Source of the DNA: Dictyostelium discoideum
Taxonomy: Eukaryota
NCBI GenBank assembly: GCA_000004695.1
Contig: CM000151.3
Coordinates: 7,456,001-7,520,000, forward strand
Direction of reading: 5' to 3'
DNA length: 64,000 bases
A program made the translations under genes and the position numbers. A model generated the notes under the pieces. That model was given only the letters and a program-made list of their open reading frames with translations. It made no database searches and was not told the origin of the DNA. Positions 49,297-64,000 of this stretch are shown here, one piece after another (within the stretch, counting starts at the first letter, position 1; each line of letters starts with the position of its first letter).

Positions 49297-51884
49297 TTAA
49301 TCAGCATTTTTAACGATTGTAAATTGTTCGATATTACCAAATTGAGAAGTTTTAGAAATTTTGATATCGGGATAAGTTTCAGTATCATTTTCAGGTTGTT
49401 CTAAATTTACTAATACTTTGGTTTTTAAAACCAATAATTCATAAAAGTAACAAGCTGCAACCAATCTAGTATTGTTTGGATTTTGAGCTTGTTGAGGTCT
49501 AACGATATCTTGTAAAAAGTTTATAGTTTCTTTCTTTTCAAAATGATCACTTAAAATTGAATGCATATTTGCAGTTTTTTGAGATAAAATTTTCTTTTCT
49601 TCTTCATGTTCTCTTTGATATGCTTGTTGATTTGGTCTTTGAGCTGATTCGAAACTGTACTCTGGTACATCACCCAAATCACCTGGATGAACGAAACCAG
49701 GCTGTTCCTCTTGATCATAACCTAAACCAATACCTTGATGATCGTCATCACCACCATGCATAAAATGTTGACCCATATCACCTTCTTCTCTTCTTAAACG
49801 TTCTTCTTCCTCTTCTTTTTCTTTTGCTCTCTTTAAGAAATCAGTTGAACCATCAGGTGAACCAATTGATTTTTCACCACCACCGTCGCCACCACCAAAT
49901 GCACCCATACCTCTTAAAGTTTGATTTATATCTGGTTTATAAAATAATGATTTTCTATTCTTACTTCTATCATCAAATTCAGTTCTTAACCTATTGATTA
50001 AATCTTTATCATCATCTGTAAGTGGTTGAGTTTTTAGTTTCTTTCTTTCACTTGGTGCAATTAAATTACCACTCTCAGTGATGACACGATTATTTATTGA
50101 TTTTAAAAATGCTTCTTCAACTTTTCTCTCTTGATTTTCATCATCGACCAATTCTAAATCTTCAAAGTTTGGTATACCCAAATCCAATGATGATACACCA
50201 TCGGCAGCCATTGACATTGATAATTCTTCATTCTTTAACATTCTACCATACATTAAACGTGAACGTAAAAATGAAAAATATGGATCTTCATCTTTGTTGA
50301 TGACCTTTGGATATCTATTATCAAGTAAATCACCATACATTCTATGGAAAGTATTAGATATATTCTTACGAATTGCTGTTAACATTTGTTGTTTTGCTGG
50401 TATCTCTTTGGATTTTGTAATTACAAGATTTAAACTTGATGGTAATAATGATCTTTCCACTACCAATGATCTTGTATTCTTAAATTTTCTAATATCTTTA
50501 TCACTTAATGTACTACCTAAAACTCTAGATCTTCTAGTCTTTGGTTTATCTTTTTGAACTTGTTCTTCCTTTTGTTTCTCTAATAATAATTGTTGTTGAA
50601 GTTGTTGAATTTCAAATTCAGTTTTCTCTTCAGTTGCAACATTATTATCTGTTGTTGCTCCTCCCACTGATGCAGTAGTGGTGGTTGTATCTTCTTCACC
50701 GGTTTTATCAGTTGTAACTGATTTTGCTGGTGTTATAGGTCTACCATTTTCATCAAACTGTTCTTGATGTGGTTGTTGATCATCATCATGAGTTTCTGGA
50801 CCTGTATAAGCTGGATAATCGTCATCACCATGACGCATACCAATATCGACATGTTGTTGATCATCACCACCACCATCATCTTGTGGTGGCATATTCATAC
50901 CTTCATCAAATGTAACCATACCTGCATCTTCCATTAACTCTCTTTGTGATTTTGGTAATGGTGTTGTTGCAGAATAATTGAATAATGGATTTTGATTATC
51001 ACTTATTAAAATATCGATATTACTCTTTACAGAGTCTGGTGTTTTTGGAGTTTTACCTTGACCAAAAGGTAAGCCAGTATCTGGTGTTGATACCATTGTA
51101 TTATATTCTGCTTCTCTGAGTTCATCAGATTTAAATCTTCTATCACTTTGTGGTGTAACTGTAGTTGTACCATCAAATACTAAATTATTATTACCCTCAT
51201 TAGATGGTGTTTGAACACTTCCCAATACTGCTTCATCTGCAACTCCAAAAAATTCACTATAATCTGGCTTTTCTGTTGGTTCTAATTTATTTGGATCATA
51301 AAGTGGATCTACTACCAAACTATTTTTTTATTAAAAAATTTATTAATAAATAATTAAATAAATAAATTAATTAAATAAAATAAAATAATTATATATATAT
51401 ATATACTCTCTAATATCAATATTTCTTAAAAATCTATCGACCTCTTGGTAAACTTGTGGTTTATCAGTTTGACGTGGACCAGATGTTAAAAGTGCTTGAT
51501 GATCTTGTTCAGAAGGTAAATCAATCTTTGAAATTGTTTTTGATAAACCTTTTAATTTAATTACTGCTTCTGTACAATCACTTAGAAGATATTTTGCTTT
51601 TTTTGAAAAAATTCTTGCGACACCTAATAGTAAATGACTAGTCATACGAAGTGCCATTGGTGAATGTGGATTTAAAATTGTTTCTATTTTTTTTTTTTTT
51701 TTTTTATTAATTTCTTTATTAATTTCTTTATTTATTTTATAATAATAATAATTTACTTACTAACTGATTTAGGAATATTTGTTTTAAAAACAACATTCTT
51801 TGCTAATTTTTTATCCCAATGACCTGCTAACCAAATTTTACCGAGGGCACCTCTCTTTGCTAAAACAATTTGTGAAAAGAACAT
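49297..51884 (-). CDS. RAD21: Cohesin subunit RAD21/SCC1 (kleisin), about 809 aa, 3 exons: 51884..51761, 51683..51407, 51319..49297
   Basis: Exon 1 [41 protein letters not shown] ends phase 1 before GTAAGT at 51760-51755. Acceptor aaatAG at 51685-4 supplies AA (codon AAA). Exon 2 [44 protein letters not shown]... ends phase 2 before GTATAT at 51406. Acceptor aatAG at 51321-20 supplies T (codon GAT). Collinear with the human RAD21 N-terminus as I recall it ([41 protein letters not shown]...[37 protein letters not shown]). The C-terminal winged helix ...[26 protein letters not shown] matches ...[21 protein letters not shown]. Confidence 0.85.
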
Positions 51885-52167
51885 TGTTTTTTTTTTTTTT
51901 TTTTTTTATTTAATAAGTTTTATTTACAGTTGTTTTTTTTTTTTTTGTTATTTTTTAATATATGGTACAGTTGTTTTTAATTTTATTTTTGCTCAAAAAA
52001 AAAAAAAAAAAAAAAAGAGAGAAGGTGAAAAATAAAAATAAAAATAAAAAAAAAAAGAAAAAAAGGGAATTTCTGCACTAATGAAAAAAAAAAAAAAAAA
52101 AAAAAAAAAATTATTTTGGCGCAATTTTTTGAGGAAATTAAAATTTTCCTTTAATTGTTATTTTTAA

Positions 52168-52199
<32 letters not shown>

Positions 52200-52472
52200 A
52201 TTCCACCCCCACAAAACAAATGCACTATAATCATTTGTCTATTTATTTATTCATTACCACAATTTTCAACAATGTTGATTTTTGGTTGAAATTTTAGCTT
52301 AATGAATAACTAAATAGATAAAATAAACACAATTAAAATCAAACGAAATAAATTACTAAATTTTTTTTTTTTTTTTTATTTTATTATTTTATTCTATTAT
52401 TATTATTTACAAGTATCTTTATTTAAAAAAGAATCGAAAATTTTTTTTTTTATTATATTTACAAAGGCACCT

Positions 52473-52847
52473 TTATTTATTTAAAAAAGAACCATCATCA
52501 TCTTCATCAAATTTATTAACAGAGTCAAAGTTATGTAAGTATCTTCTCCATACTTTGATTTGTCCATCAAAACTACGTTTACTAATTAAATATTTAATTT
52601 TTTTATATTAGTATTGCAATTTTTAAAGAAAAAAAAAAAAAATGAAGAAACAAGAAAATTAAAAAGGATACCTACCTGCAATTTTGGTAGATATTAGGAA
52701 CATTTACAATATCAATATCTTTTAAATGCTTTTGGTGAATAAGAAAATTTTGGTAACCCTCAGTATTCATTCCATAGGTTATTTGTTTTTTTCTTTGTTC
52801 TAATCTTTGTTGAAAATCTTCATGAGTTAAGTTTTTTCCTATTTGCA
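52473..52847 (-). CDS. SLBP: SLBP-like protein (histone stem-loop-binding-protein RNA-binding domain), 3' part only: exons 52847..52676 and 52581..52473; 5' exons not found
   Basis: QRLEQRKKQITYGMNTEGYQNFLIHQKHLKDIDIVNVPNIYQNCS|KRSFDGQIKVWRRYLHNFD parallels the human SLBP RBD as I recall it ([62 protein letters not shown]). Minus-strand GTAGGT at 52675-52670 and acceptor ttaattAG at 52583-2 give phase 2+1 = AGT. The upstream acceptor at 52849-8 is phase 1 and the in-frame upstream stretch has no ATG, so at least one 5' exon is missing from the model. Confidence 0.65.
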
Positions 52848-53219
52848 CTTTTTCAAAAAAAAAAAAAAAAAAAATTTAATATTTTATATATACATATGTT
52901 TTTAAAAAAAAAAAAAATACAAACTCTTTTTTTCTCTATGCTTATCTATATTGAATATTATAGAATGAAAAGAAGAAAAAAAAAATTATCATAAATAAAA
53001 AAAAAAATTAAAAAAAATAATAATGAAACATTATTTAAAGACTGACACCTTTCCAAGAAATAAATTTATTTCATTTGAAAAAAAAAAGTAAAAAATAAAA
53101 AATAAAAGAAAAATAAATAAAAAAATAAAAAACAAAAAATAAAAAAATAAAAATATTGGAGAATGTGTGAGCCTTCGGTAAAATATATAATAATATCAAT
53201 CAATATGGGTTAATAATAT

Positions 53220-53276
<57 letters not shown>

Positions 53277-53310
53277 AATTTATTTTATTGTTTTTTTTTT
53301 TTTTTTTATT

Positions 53311-54238
<928 letters not shown>

Positions 54239-55198
54239 TTTTATATGGATATATATAATAAATAAATATTTATATGTGTGATGTTGTTAAATATCAAAAA
54301 AATATGTGTTAATGTTTTAAAAATTTTTTTTTTTTTGGTTTTTTTTATTTTTTTTTTTAAAAAAAATAATTTTATTTTTTAATATTTTTTTTATTTGAAA
54401 AAAATAAAATTTAGAAATCAAAAAAAACAAAAATAGATATTATATAATTTGATTATAAAAAAAAAAAAAATAATAATAAAAAAAGATGTAATATATTGGA
54501 TTTTTTTTAAAAAAAAATTAAAAAAAAAAAAAAAAAATAAAAATTTAAAAGAGAAAAATATTTTAAAAAAAAAAAAAAAAACTTGCAGTTGTGTCGCATG
54601 CGAGGTTTATAATTTTATTTATTTTTTATTTTTATTTTTTTTTTATTATTTTTTTTTTTTTTTCTGAAAATGTGATCCGGGTTAAAAAGCCACCCAGTAA
54701 TCGGGCGTCATATAACAATACCAATAATTTTTTTTATTTTTTTTTTTTATTTGTTTATTTGGAAGTGTTTTTTAACACTACTTTTATTTTGTTTTTTTTT
54801 TCATTTTATTTTTTTTTTTTTTTTTTATTTTTTTATTTTTTTTAATTTTTAGTCAAAAAATAGATATATTTTTTTAAAAATTTTTTCTTATAACAATTGA
54901 GTAATTAGTTACTAGTATTTGAGTTTTTTTTTTAAAAAAAAATTAATGTTTTTTTCTTTTCTTTTTTTTTTTTTTTTTTTTTTTTTATCGATAATTAATT
55001 AATTAATAAATGGAATGTTTTTTTTTATTCTTTTTTTTTTTTAATTTTCTATCATGGTAATTGAGTTAGCCATTTCCTCAGTAATCGAGTTGTTTAATTT
55101 TTGTTTTTAATTTTTTTTTTTTTTTTGATTTTTTTTTTCTCGGATTTAAAAAAAATTTCATGATTTGATCACAAAAAAAAAAAAAAAAAAAAAAAAAA

Positions 55199-58100
55199 AT
55201 GAAAATAATATTTTTTAATTTTTTTATTTCCATTGTTGTTTTGGCGTCATCTTTTTTTTTGTTGGCATCATCACAAAGAATAGATTTAAATAATACTATC
55301 ACATCAATTGATAATATTAATCCAACAAATTTACCAGAAAAAACAATATTTTCAGAAAATGGAAAATTTATTTACTTTCTCTCTAGTAATTATATTTACT
55401 ATAATGATTTAGATTCTGTTTTATTATTTTCCTCATCATCGTCACCACCATCATCATCTTTACCAACAACTGGATTTAAGTATCCTAAAAATACAAATAA
55501 TTTAAGAACTATAACATCAGTACCATTCATTGGAAATGATAGTAAAATTATTACAATTACCAATAATTATATTTATATTATTGATATTGCTCAAAAAATA
55601 TCAACAGAAAAATTAATTGGTTTACAAACTCTAAATGATTTCAATTGTTATATTACAAATTATTTAACCAATGGTATATTTATAACAGTTTCAGATTCAA
55701 TCTATTCAAAATATGATCTTCTATTTTTAGATAGTCAACTCTCTATTGGTAATTCTGCTGTTGTAGTTAATCAACCTCAAACCATGCTGTAAGTTTCTGG
55801 AAAAAAAAAATAATAAAAAAAAAATACTAATAATAATTAACTTTTATTTTATTTTATTTTAAAAAAATTATAGAATTACAGATACAATTAATAAATTAAT
55901 ATTTTATGGAAATAAAGGTATGATTAGATTATTTGATGCAACAAGTTTATCATCAACTTTACTTAAAACACCATTATTTACAATTAGTGATTCAGTTAGT
56001 AGATATATTGGATCATTTGATATTGAAAATAAATTATTATATACATGTAGTAGAAATGAAGCAAATAATCCAACAATGAAATTATCATTTGAAATTTTAA
56101 AATATTCATCAAATTCAATGAGTATATTAAAAAGTGTTGATATTAATTTCTCACCTAAATTACCAAGTCCTTATTTCTCAAAATGTAATTTTTCATCAAT
56201 AGATTTAATACAAGGTCAAATCTTTTTTACATTAATTGATACATTACAAAATCAATATATTTTATCAATGGATATTAATGGTAATAATCAAGAATTATTT
56301 GAAATAAATAATAATAATGGTGAAACTATTATTATAACTGGTTTAACAATTAAAAGATCATTAAATAATAAATTAATAGTTGGTACGAAAAATATAGGTA
56401 ATCAAATATTAATTTTAAATTATAAATCAATTTGTAAAAATGATTGTGGTGGTTCAAGTAATGGTGAATGTGTAAATTTAAAATGTATTTGTGAAGAAGG
56501 ATTTGGTTTAGATGATTGTTCACAAAGGTATCCAGTTTTATCAAAAGTTTCATCAATACCTTTAAAAAGAACACCTGCTATAATTACAATTGATGGTGAT
56601 TATTTCGGTACTGATGTTAATAAAGTATCTGTTAAAATTGGTAATAGCTCATATTCATGTGTGAATATTGAATTGGTTAATCAAAAACAAATTAAATGCA
56701 CATTTTCAGATACTTTACTTGACCATCCAACAATACCAAAATCATCAGATGGTATATACTATAATGTATTTGTTACAATTGGTGAATTGTCTGTTGAATC
56801 TTTTAAATTTAAATATTTATTACCAAATTTTCAAAATTCAATTCAACAAGATTTTGATAAAATTAAAATCACTGGTTATAATTTAATGGATTTACAATAT
56901 CAATCATTATTTAAATTGGCTAATTCAAATATTAATAAATTAGATTGTATTGGTACAATAAATGAAATCATTTGTATACTACCATCAGATTCTGTTAATG
57001 GTGATTTAACAATTTCTGATATTTATAATAATAGTCATACTTGGTCAAATGTAATCTTAAATCCACAATTAATTTCATTATCTCCATCACTAATCTCAAC
57101 CAGTCCTACTGATTTAACAATTACAGGTTTATTCTTTACAAGTATTATTGGTACTAAAATTGGAGATAATTTTCAATTAAAAATTGGTGATAATAGTAAA
57201 ACTTTTATTATTAAATCATCATCAAAATTAGAATTTAAAACAAATGATAGAATTATTTCAAATACAACAATTTCTTTAGAAAATTCAAAAAGTAGTTTAA
57301 ATTTTGGTTATTTATCACCATCAATTACAAGTTTTATTCAACCAAGTGATAATAGTAATGGATTATTAAGAATTCAAGGTACAAATTTTGTAAATCCATT
57401 AGATAAAAATTTATTACAAATTATATTACCACCACCACATTTTGGTGATTTAATTTCAAATGTTTTAGATTTAAATGTAAATTATATTGATATTAATTTA
57501 CCAAATGATTTTATTAGTTCTTTAATTACAATTTCAATTAATGGTAAATTATCAAATGAAACTAATTCAGATGGTACTGGTGGAACTGGTTTAAAATATT
57601 TAAATTTAAGACCAATAATTACAAATATTACTCCACTTCCATCTATTAAAGGTAATGATAATATAACAATCACTGGTAATTATTTAACGAAATATGTTTA
57701 CATGATTATTAATAATAATAATAATAAAAATATTTTAAATTGTGATTTTATAAGTGGTAACAAAGTTATATGTAAAGTTCCAATTGGGTCAGGTAAATTT
57801 AAAATAATTTCTGAATCTGTTAATCCATATAATCAAAATGATGTTTTAACAAGTAAAGAATTTGAAAGTAGTTACGCTCCACCAAATATTACATCAATTA
57901 CACCAATTGGTTTCTTTAGTGCAATTTCACCAAACGGTTTCACAATTACAATCAATGGTAATAATTTCATTACTGATAAATCATTAACAAAAATTTTAAT
58001 TTCTGATGGTAATATTGATTGTGCCATTTTGGGTTCAATAACTGATACAACCATTAAATGTAATTTCGTATCTGACCAAAATCAATGGACTACTAAAATA

Positions 58101-58632
58101 CCTGTTAATCTTACTCAAAACTCTTTATCCACTACTTTTAATGATGGATTTTATCATTTCACTCATTGTCCTGGCTCACCCTATGAATGTAGTAATAATG
58201 GTAAATGTAATTATTTAACTGGTCTTTGTGATTGTAATCATGGTTATCAAATTAAATCTGATTGTTCTGTTTCAACCACTATAGTATCTTCAACAACAAC
58301 AACTTCAACAACTTCAACATCTACAGTATCAACAACATCCTCACAAACTGGATCCCCTTCCACTACTAGTACTTCCTCAAATCAAAACACTGCCACTACA
58401 AGTAGTAGTACTAGTAGTAGTAGTAGTACACCTTCTCCTATCACCACAACCTCTACTACAAGTAGTAGCAGTACACCCAAACCCACCACTTCAACATCTA
58501 TTAGTGGTAATGATCCATCATCCTCATCCAACAGTGGTGTTGGTACTGACCCTGATAATACTTTATCTTCTTCCAATAGCTATAAATCAAATTTAATTTT
58601 AATTATCTTTACTCTATTTTTTGTTTCAATAT

Positions 58633-58640
<8 letters not shown>
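55199..58640 (+). CDS. Large cell-surface glycoprotein: signal peptide, N-terminal beta-rich domain, EGF-like module, about 8 IPT/TIG-like repeats, C-terminal EGF-like module, Ser/Thr-rich mucin stalk, C-terminal hydrophobic GPI/TM signal; about 1118 aa, 2 exons: 55199..55788 and 55874..58640
   Basis: GTAAGT at 55789 (exon 1 ends CT, phase 2) and acceptor aattatAG at 55872-3; exon 2 supplies A (codon CTA). EGF-like CKNDCGGSSNGECVNLKCICEEGFGLDDC and CPGSPYECSNNGKCNYLTGLCDCNHGYQIKSDC. TIG-like units of the form SxxPxxGxxxITIxGxxF. Ser/Thr/Pro stalk at 58250..58560. Terminal LILIIFTLFFVSILF. Confidence 0.75.
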
Positions 58641-58672
<32 letters not shown>

Positions 58673-59235
58673 TTAAAATTTAGTTATTTTTGGTAACATT
58701 AAATCATTTTAAAAAAAAAAAAAAAAAAAATCATTATTAGTTTCAGTTTTTTTTTCAATAATATTTTAAAAAAAAAAAAAAAAAAATTAATAAAACAATA
58801 TAAATTTAAATTAACAAAAAAATAAAAAAAATAAAAAAAAATAATAAAAAATGAGAAATAAAAATTTTGTCATAAATAAAAACTAAATTTTAATCTTTTT
58901 TTTTTTTTTTTTTTTTTTTTATTTTTCAAATTTAAAAATAGAAAAAAAAAAAAAGAAAAATTTCTGAGAATTAAAAAAAAAAAATTTGAAATAAGCTACT
59001 TTTTTAAAAAATTTATGTGGAGTTTTTTTGTTTTTTGGATTTTTGTATTTTCTCACCGTTTTTTTTTTTTTTTATGACAAAATTTTTTTTTTTTTTTTTT
59101 ATTTAAAACTTTTTTTTTTTTTTTTTTTTTTTCAATTAATTTATTATTTTTATAAAAAACAAAACTTTTTTTTTTATTACATCAATCCTCAATTTTTTTC
59201 AAATCAAATATAAATATATACATATATAATCAACA

Positions 59236-59562
59236 ATGAGTTCAGCACAATCAAGAGGTGGTAAGACAGGTGGTAAAGTTGGTGGTAAAGTTGGTGCCAA
59301 ACGTCATAAGAAAACTCAAAAGGAACACATCAATGGTATTACTAAGCCAGCCATCCGTCGTTTAGCTCGTAGAGGTGGTGTCAAGCGTATCTCTTTCCCA
59401 ATCTATGAAGAAACTAGAAATGTATTACGTACCTTCTTAACCAATGTTATTCGTGATTCCGTTGCCTACACTGAACATGCTGGTCGTCGTACTGTTACTG
59501 CTATGGATGTTGTATATGCTCTCAAGAGACAAGGTAGAACTTTATATGGTTTTAACTCTTAA
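59236..59562 (+). CDS. Histone H4, divergent variant, 108 aa
   Basis: Histone-fold core ...[85 protein letters not shown] matches canonical H4 closely. The N-terminal tail [21 protein letters not shown] is non-canonical and there is a 2-residue NS extension. No histone 3' stem-loop follows the stop; an A-run follows instead. Confidence 0.9.
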   Translation: MSSAQSRGGKTGGKVGGKVGAKRHKKTQKEHINGITKPAIRRLARRGGVKRISFPIYEETRNVLRTFLTNVIRDSVAYTEHAGRRTVTAMDVVYALKRQGRTLYGFNS

Positions 59563-60223
59563 ACTCAAAATCATTTAAAAAAAAAAAAAAAAAAAAAAAC
59601 AAATACAAATACAAATACAAAAAAAAGAAAAAAAAAAAAAAAAAAATTTTAAATGTACATATACAAAAAAAAAAAAAAAAAAAAAATTAATTTAAAAAAA
59701 AAAAAAAAAAATAATAATAATGCAAGGTGTTTTTTAACACCAACACAAAAAAACAAAACTTCTTCAATTACTTGATCATATCTATCTTTTAATAATATAT
59801 ATTATTTATTCAATTATTTTATTCAAATATTTAGGATTATGTGTTTATAAAAATATATTCATATTTACATATATTTATAAAAATGTGTATAAAAAATAAA
59901 AGCTAAATAAATAAGTCAAACTAACACATTTTCGCATAAAATTTTTATTTTATTTTATTATGTTTTATTTTATAATATTATCTCGTTTTGTTTTATTTTA
60001 TTGGATCTCTTTTGTTTTATTTTATTTTATTATATCTCATTTTGTTTTTTTATTTGTTTTTTTTTTTTTCTTTTTTTTTTTTTTAAATTTGAACATGAAA
60101 TGTTTTTTTTTTATTTTATTAATTTTAGAAAAAATAATTTTAAAAGTTATCAAAACATCCAGTGACATTTTTAAGTTTGAAAACAAAATTGAATTTTTTT
60201 CCCCACATTTGTTCGTTTTTTTT

Positions 60224-60266
<43 letters not shown>

Positions 60267-60806
60267 TTATTTTTAATTTTTATTTTTCAAAATTTCTTTT
60301 GATTTTTCAGTCACATATAATTGATATCTGTCTTTGTTAAAAACTTATCGTCACAATTCAAGTTTTTTTTTTTTTTTTTTTTATTTCACTCTCTTTTTTT
60401 CTATTTTTTTATTTTTTTAAATAGTTCTTTTTTATATAAAAGTAAAAGAAAACAATAAAATAAATAAATAAATAAACAAAACAAAGTAAAATAACCGCAA
60501 AAATTAAAAAATAAAATAATAAAAAAAATTTTTTTTTTAAAAAATTTAAAAAATTAAAAAAACTACAACAGTAACAGATTTTTTAAAAGTGTAGATAATA
60601 TAACAATAAACATATTCAATTGTACACTACTCATTATATTGACACAAATATAAACATCACCAATACAGATCAATAAGCATAATTGTAGATAATAATAATA
60701 ATAACAAAAATATAAAAAATAAAAATAAAAACTACTAAAAACAAATAATAAAACTATAAATATAAAAACAAAAATAATATACATATATATATATATATAA
60801 AGTGGA

Positions 60807-62661
<1,855 letters not shown>

Positions 62662-62893
62662 ATAAATAATATATAATATAATATATATAATTAATTTATA
62701 ATAGTTAATATTAAAAATAAAAAATAAAATAAAATAAAATAAAAAAAAAATAGAAAAATAAAAATAAAAATAAAAATATTTAAAATAATATTATTAAAAT
62801 ATCTAAATAAAATTAAATAGATAATCCATTTAAAATATTGATTGATAGAAATAAACCCTTTTTATTTTATTTTTTTAAGAGTCCTCATTATAA

Positions 62894-63139
62894 TTTTTAT
62901 GTAATATTATACCACCAACAGTTACAAAATTAAATTTAAGAGATTATAATAATCCATTGAATCCAGGTGACACTGTTAAAACATTAAAATCATTGACTAT
63001 TAGTATGTGCATTTTAGATGAACTCAAAGAATCTTTGTGGCCTGATGAATTGGAATTGGAATTGGATGAACTTAAAATTTATAATTATAGAAAACTTAAA
63101 AATGATTGTTATTTTCCAAAGAATTATAAATCTTGATTA
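62894..63139 (+). CDS. FNIP-repeat protein coding segment (fragment/exon)
   Basis: Open frame ...IIPPTVTKLNLRDYNNPLNPGDTVKTLKSLTIS...ELKIYNYRKLKNDCYFPKNYKS* with the FNIP-repeat pattern (LPxxLxxLxFGxxFNxPL...). No clean upstream acceptor or start was found. Confidence 0.35.
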
Positions 63140-63346
63140 TTTCACCTTGTTTTTATAAAAATTTCCACTTTCTTTAATATGAACTTCAAATAGTTTATAA
63201 TGAGATTTATATACTAAAAAAAAAAATTAAATTTTTTTCTTTTTTTTTTTTTTTTTTATTATTTTATGTTTTTTATTTTTAAATTTTTTAGTTTTTTCTT
63301 TTTTTAAATTTAACAAATAAAAAAACAATTTTCATATAATAAAAAG

Positions 63347-64000
63347 ATTGAATTGGGTGTATTACCTGAAGGCTTAGAAACACTGCATATAAGTGGTGAA
63401 ACTAAAGAAGCTTTTGAAGTTGGTGTTTTCCCTTCATCAATCACTAATTTAAATTTTGATGGATTTTCTAAATCAATGAAAAAATTAAAAATTGGTGTAC
63501 ATTTTTATTCCCTAATGTGTATGGTTTGAAATTGATGAAGGTTTATTACCAAATTCAATAGGAACATTAAATTTAGCAAAATCTTTTAATCAAATAATTA
63601 CAAAAACCTTACTTCCAAATAAATTGGTTCATCTTGATTTTGGTGAATCATTTAATTCTCCAATTCTACCAAATACTTTACCAGAAACTTTAAAATTTAT
63701 AACATTTGGTTTTGTTTTGAATCAAGACATTGATCGTTTTTGTTTTCCAAACTCAATTACGTCAATAGTTTTCAAAAGTGGATTTAACAAACCATTGAAA
63801 GCTGGTTGTTGGCCCACATCATTAACCAATTTATTTTTAGGTATAGGTTTTAATTTTGATATTGAACCATATGCTTTACACCAATCCCTTAGATGTTTAT
63901 CAATAGAAGGACCATTCAATAAATACTTTAAACCAAATACTCTACCACTTACTTTATTATCTATAGGGTTACCAAGTCTTTACAATAAAGAAATAGACAT
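63347..64000 (+). CDS. FNIP-repeat protein coding region running off the window end, with a frame break near 63508
   Basis: After acceptor aaaaAG at 63345-6: IELGVLPEGLETLHISGETKEAFEVGVFPSSITNLNFDGFSKSMKKLKIG, then a stop at 63523-63525, then in the +1 frame WFEIDEGLLPNSIGTLNLAKSFNQIITKTLLPNKLVHLDFGESFNSPILPNTLPETLKFITFGFVLNQDIDRFCFPNSITSIVFKSGFNKPLKAGCWPTSLTNLFLGIGFNFDIEPYALHQSLRCLSIEGPFNKYFKPNTLPLTLLSIGLPSLYNKEID... These are classic FNIP repeats. Confidence 0.4.

Noticed and set aside
56350-58576. Short minus-strand ORFs inside the large TIG-glycoprotein exon (56350..56574, 57482..57673, 57872..58054, 58382..58576)
   Set aside because: They are antisense to a long, domain-rich sense ORF. 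Their composition reflects codon-complement bias only.
59563-59700. Histone 3' stem-loop downstream of the H4 stop
   Set aside because: No GGCYCTTYTNAGRGCC-like hairpin is present. The region is A-rich with (caaata) repeats.
62935-62950. gtatgtgcattttag as a 15-nt intron inside the FNIP fragment
   Set aside because: It is far below any plausible intron size. The sequence is in-frame coding (ISMCILDE).
63465-63510. 46-nt GT..AG interval as a frame-restoring intron in the FNIP gene
   Set aside because: It is shorter than any other intron in the window (minimum about 75 nt) and lacks the AT-rich interior. It is listed as a finding, with a pseudogene or indel favoured.

Overview
The window is eukaryotic, not prokaryotic. 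It looks like Dictyostelium discoideum nuclear DNA: roughly 75-80% A+T, poly-A/T intergenic tracts, coding poly-N/Q/H/TP microsatellites, short AT-rich GTAAGT...AG introns, and a tRNA gene with a downstream ex-B box. The six-frame ORF track splits most genes because of introns. I rebuilt splice models by hand from GT...AG boundaries and phase continuity. I read about 34 protein genes, one of them a probable pseudogene, plus one tRNA-Arg(ACG).

Genes I can name with reasonable confidence:
- DET1 homolog, 2 exons (1975..6453 +).
- Bacterial-type FAD/NAD(P) oxidoreductase (6954..8117 +).
- Cytochrome b5 (15494..15943 -).
- tRNA-dihydrouridine synthase (16274..17446 -).
- Type-B carboxylesterase (21013..22717 -).
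- Two tandem cysteine-rich/EGF/TIG type-I membrane protein paralogs (23610..25655 - and 26048..28506 -); the second carries a single in-frame TAA.
- PurH/ATIC (29197..30825 -).
- COMM-domain protein (31396..32199 -, 5' end unresolved).
- WDR26/GID7-like LisH-CTLH-WD40 protein (33987..36179 +).
- GOLGA7/Erf4-like protein (39473..40419 +).
- EGF-like ectodomain fused to a 7TM core (40528..41987 -).
- Two tandem paralogs of an unknown family (42825..44472 - and 44743..46145 -).
- SPEC-motif thioredoxin-like protein (46309..46771 -).
- HGH1 homolog (47468..48825 -).
- RAD21 cohesin subunit (49297..51884 -).
- SLBP-like RNA-binding-domain protein (52473..52847 -, 5' end unresolved).
- Rab11-like GTPase (53311..54238 -).
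- Large EGF/TIG surface glycoprotein (55199..58640 +).
- Divergent histone H4 (59236..59562 +).
- CRT-like DMT transporter (60807..62631 +).
- FNIP-repeat fragments (62894..64000 +).

Non-genic structure worth a second look:
- Two diverged copies of a roughly 0.4-0.6 kb non-coding block flank the esterase gene.
- A 120-bp pseudogene fragment of the 18022..19279 gene's last exon sits 30 kb away at 49058..49180.
- A 33-bp tandem duplication with a GC-containing core lies upstream of the 8543 gene.
- A shared CAGTAATCG(G/A)G motif occurs twice in a bidirectional promoter.
- Several introns carry large microsatellites.

There are no CRISPR arrays, operons or prokaryotic defence systems. All coordinates and homologies come from manual reading and remembered family sequences; nothing was confirmed against a database.
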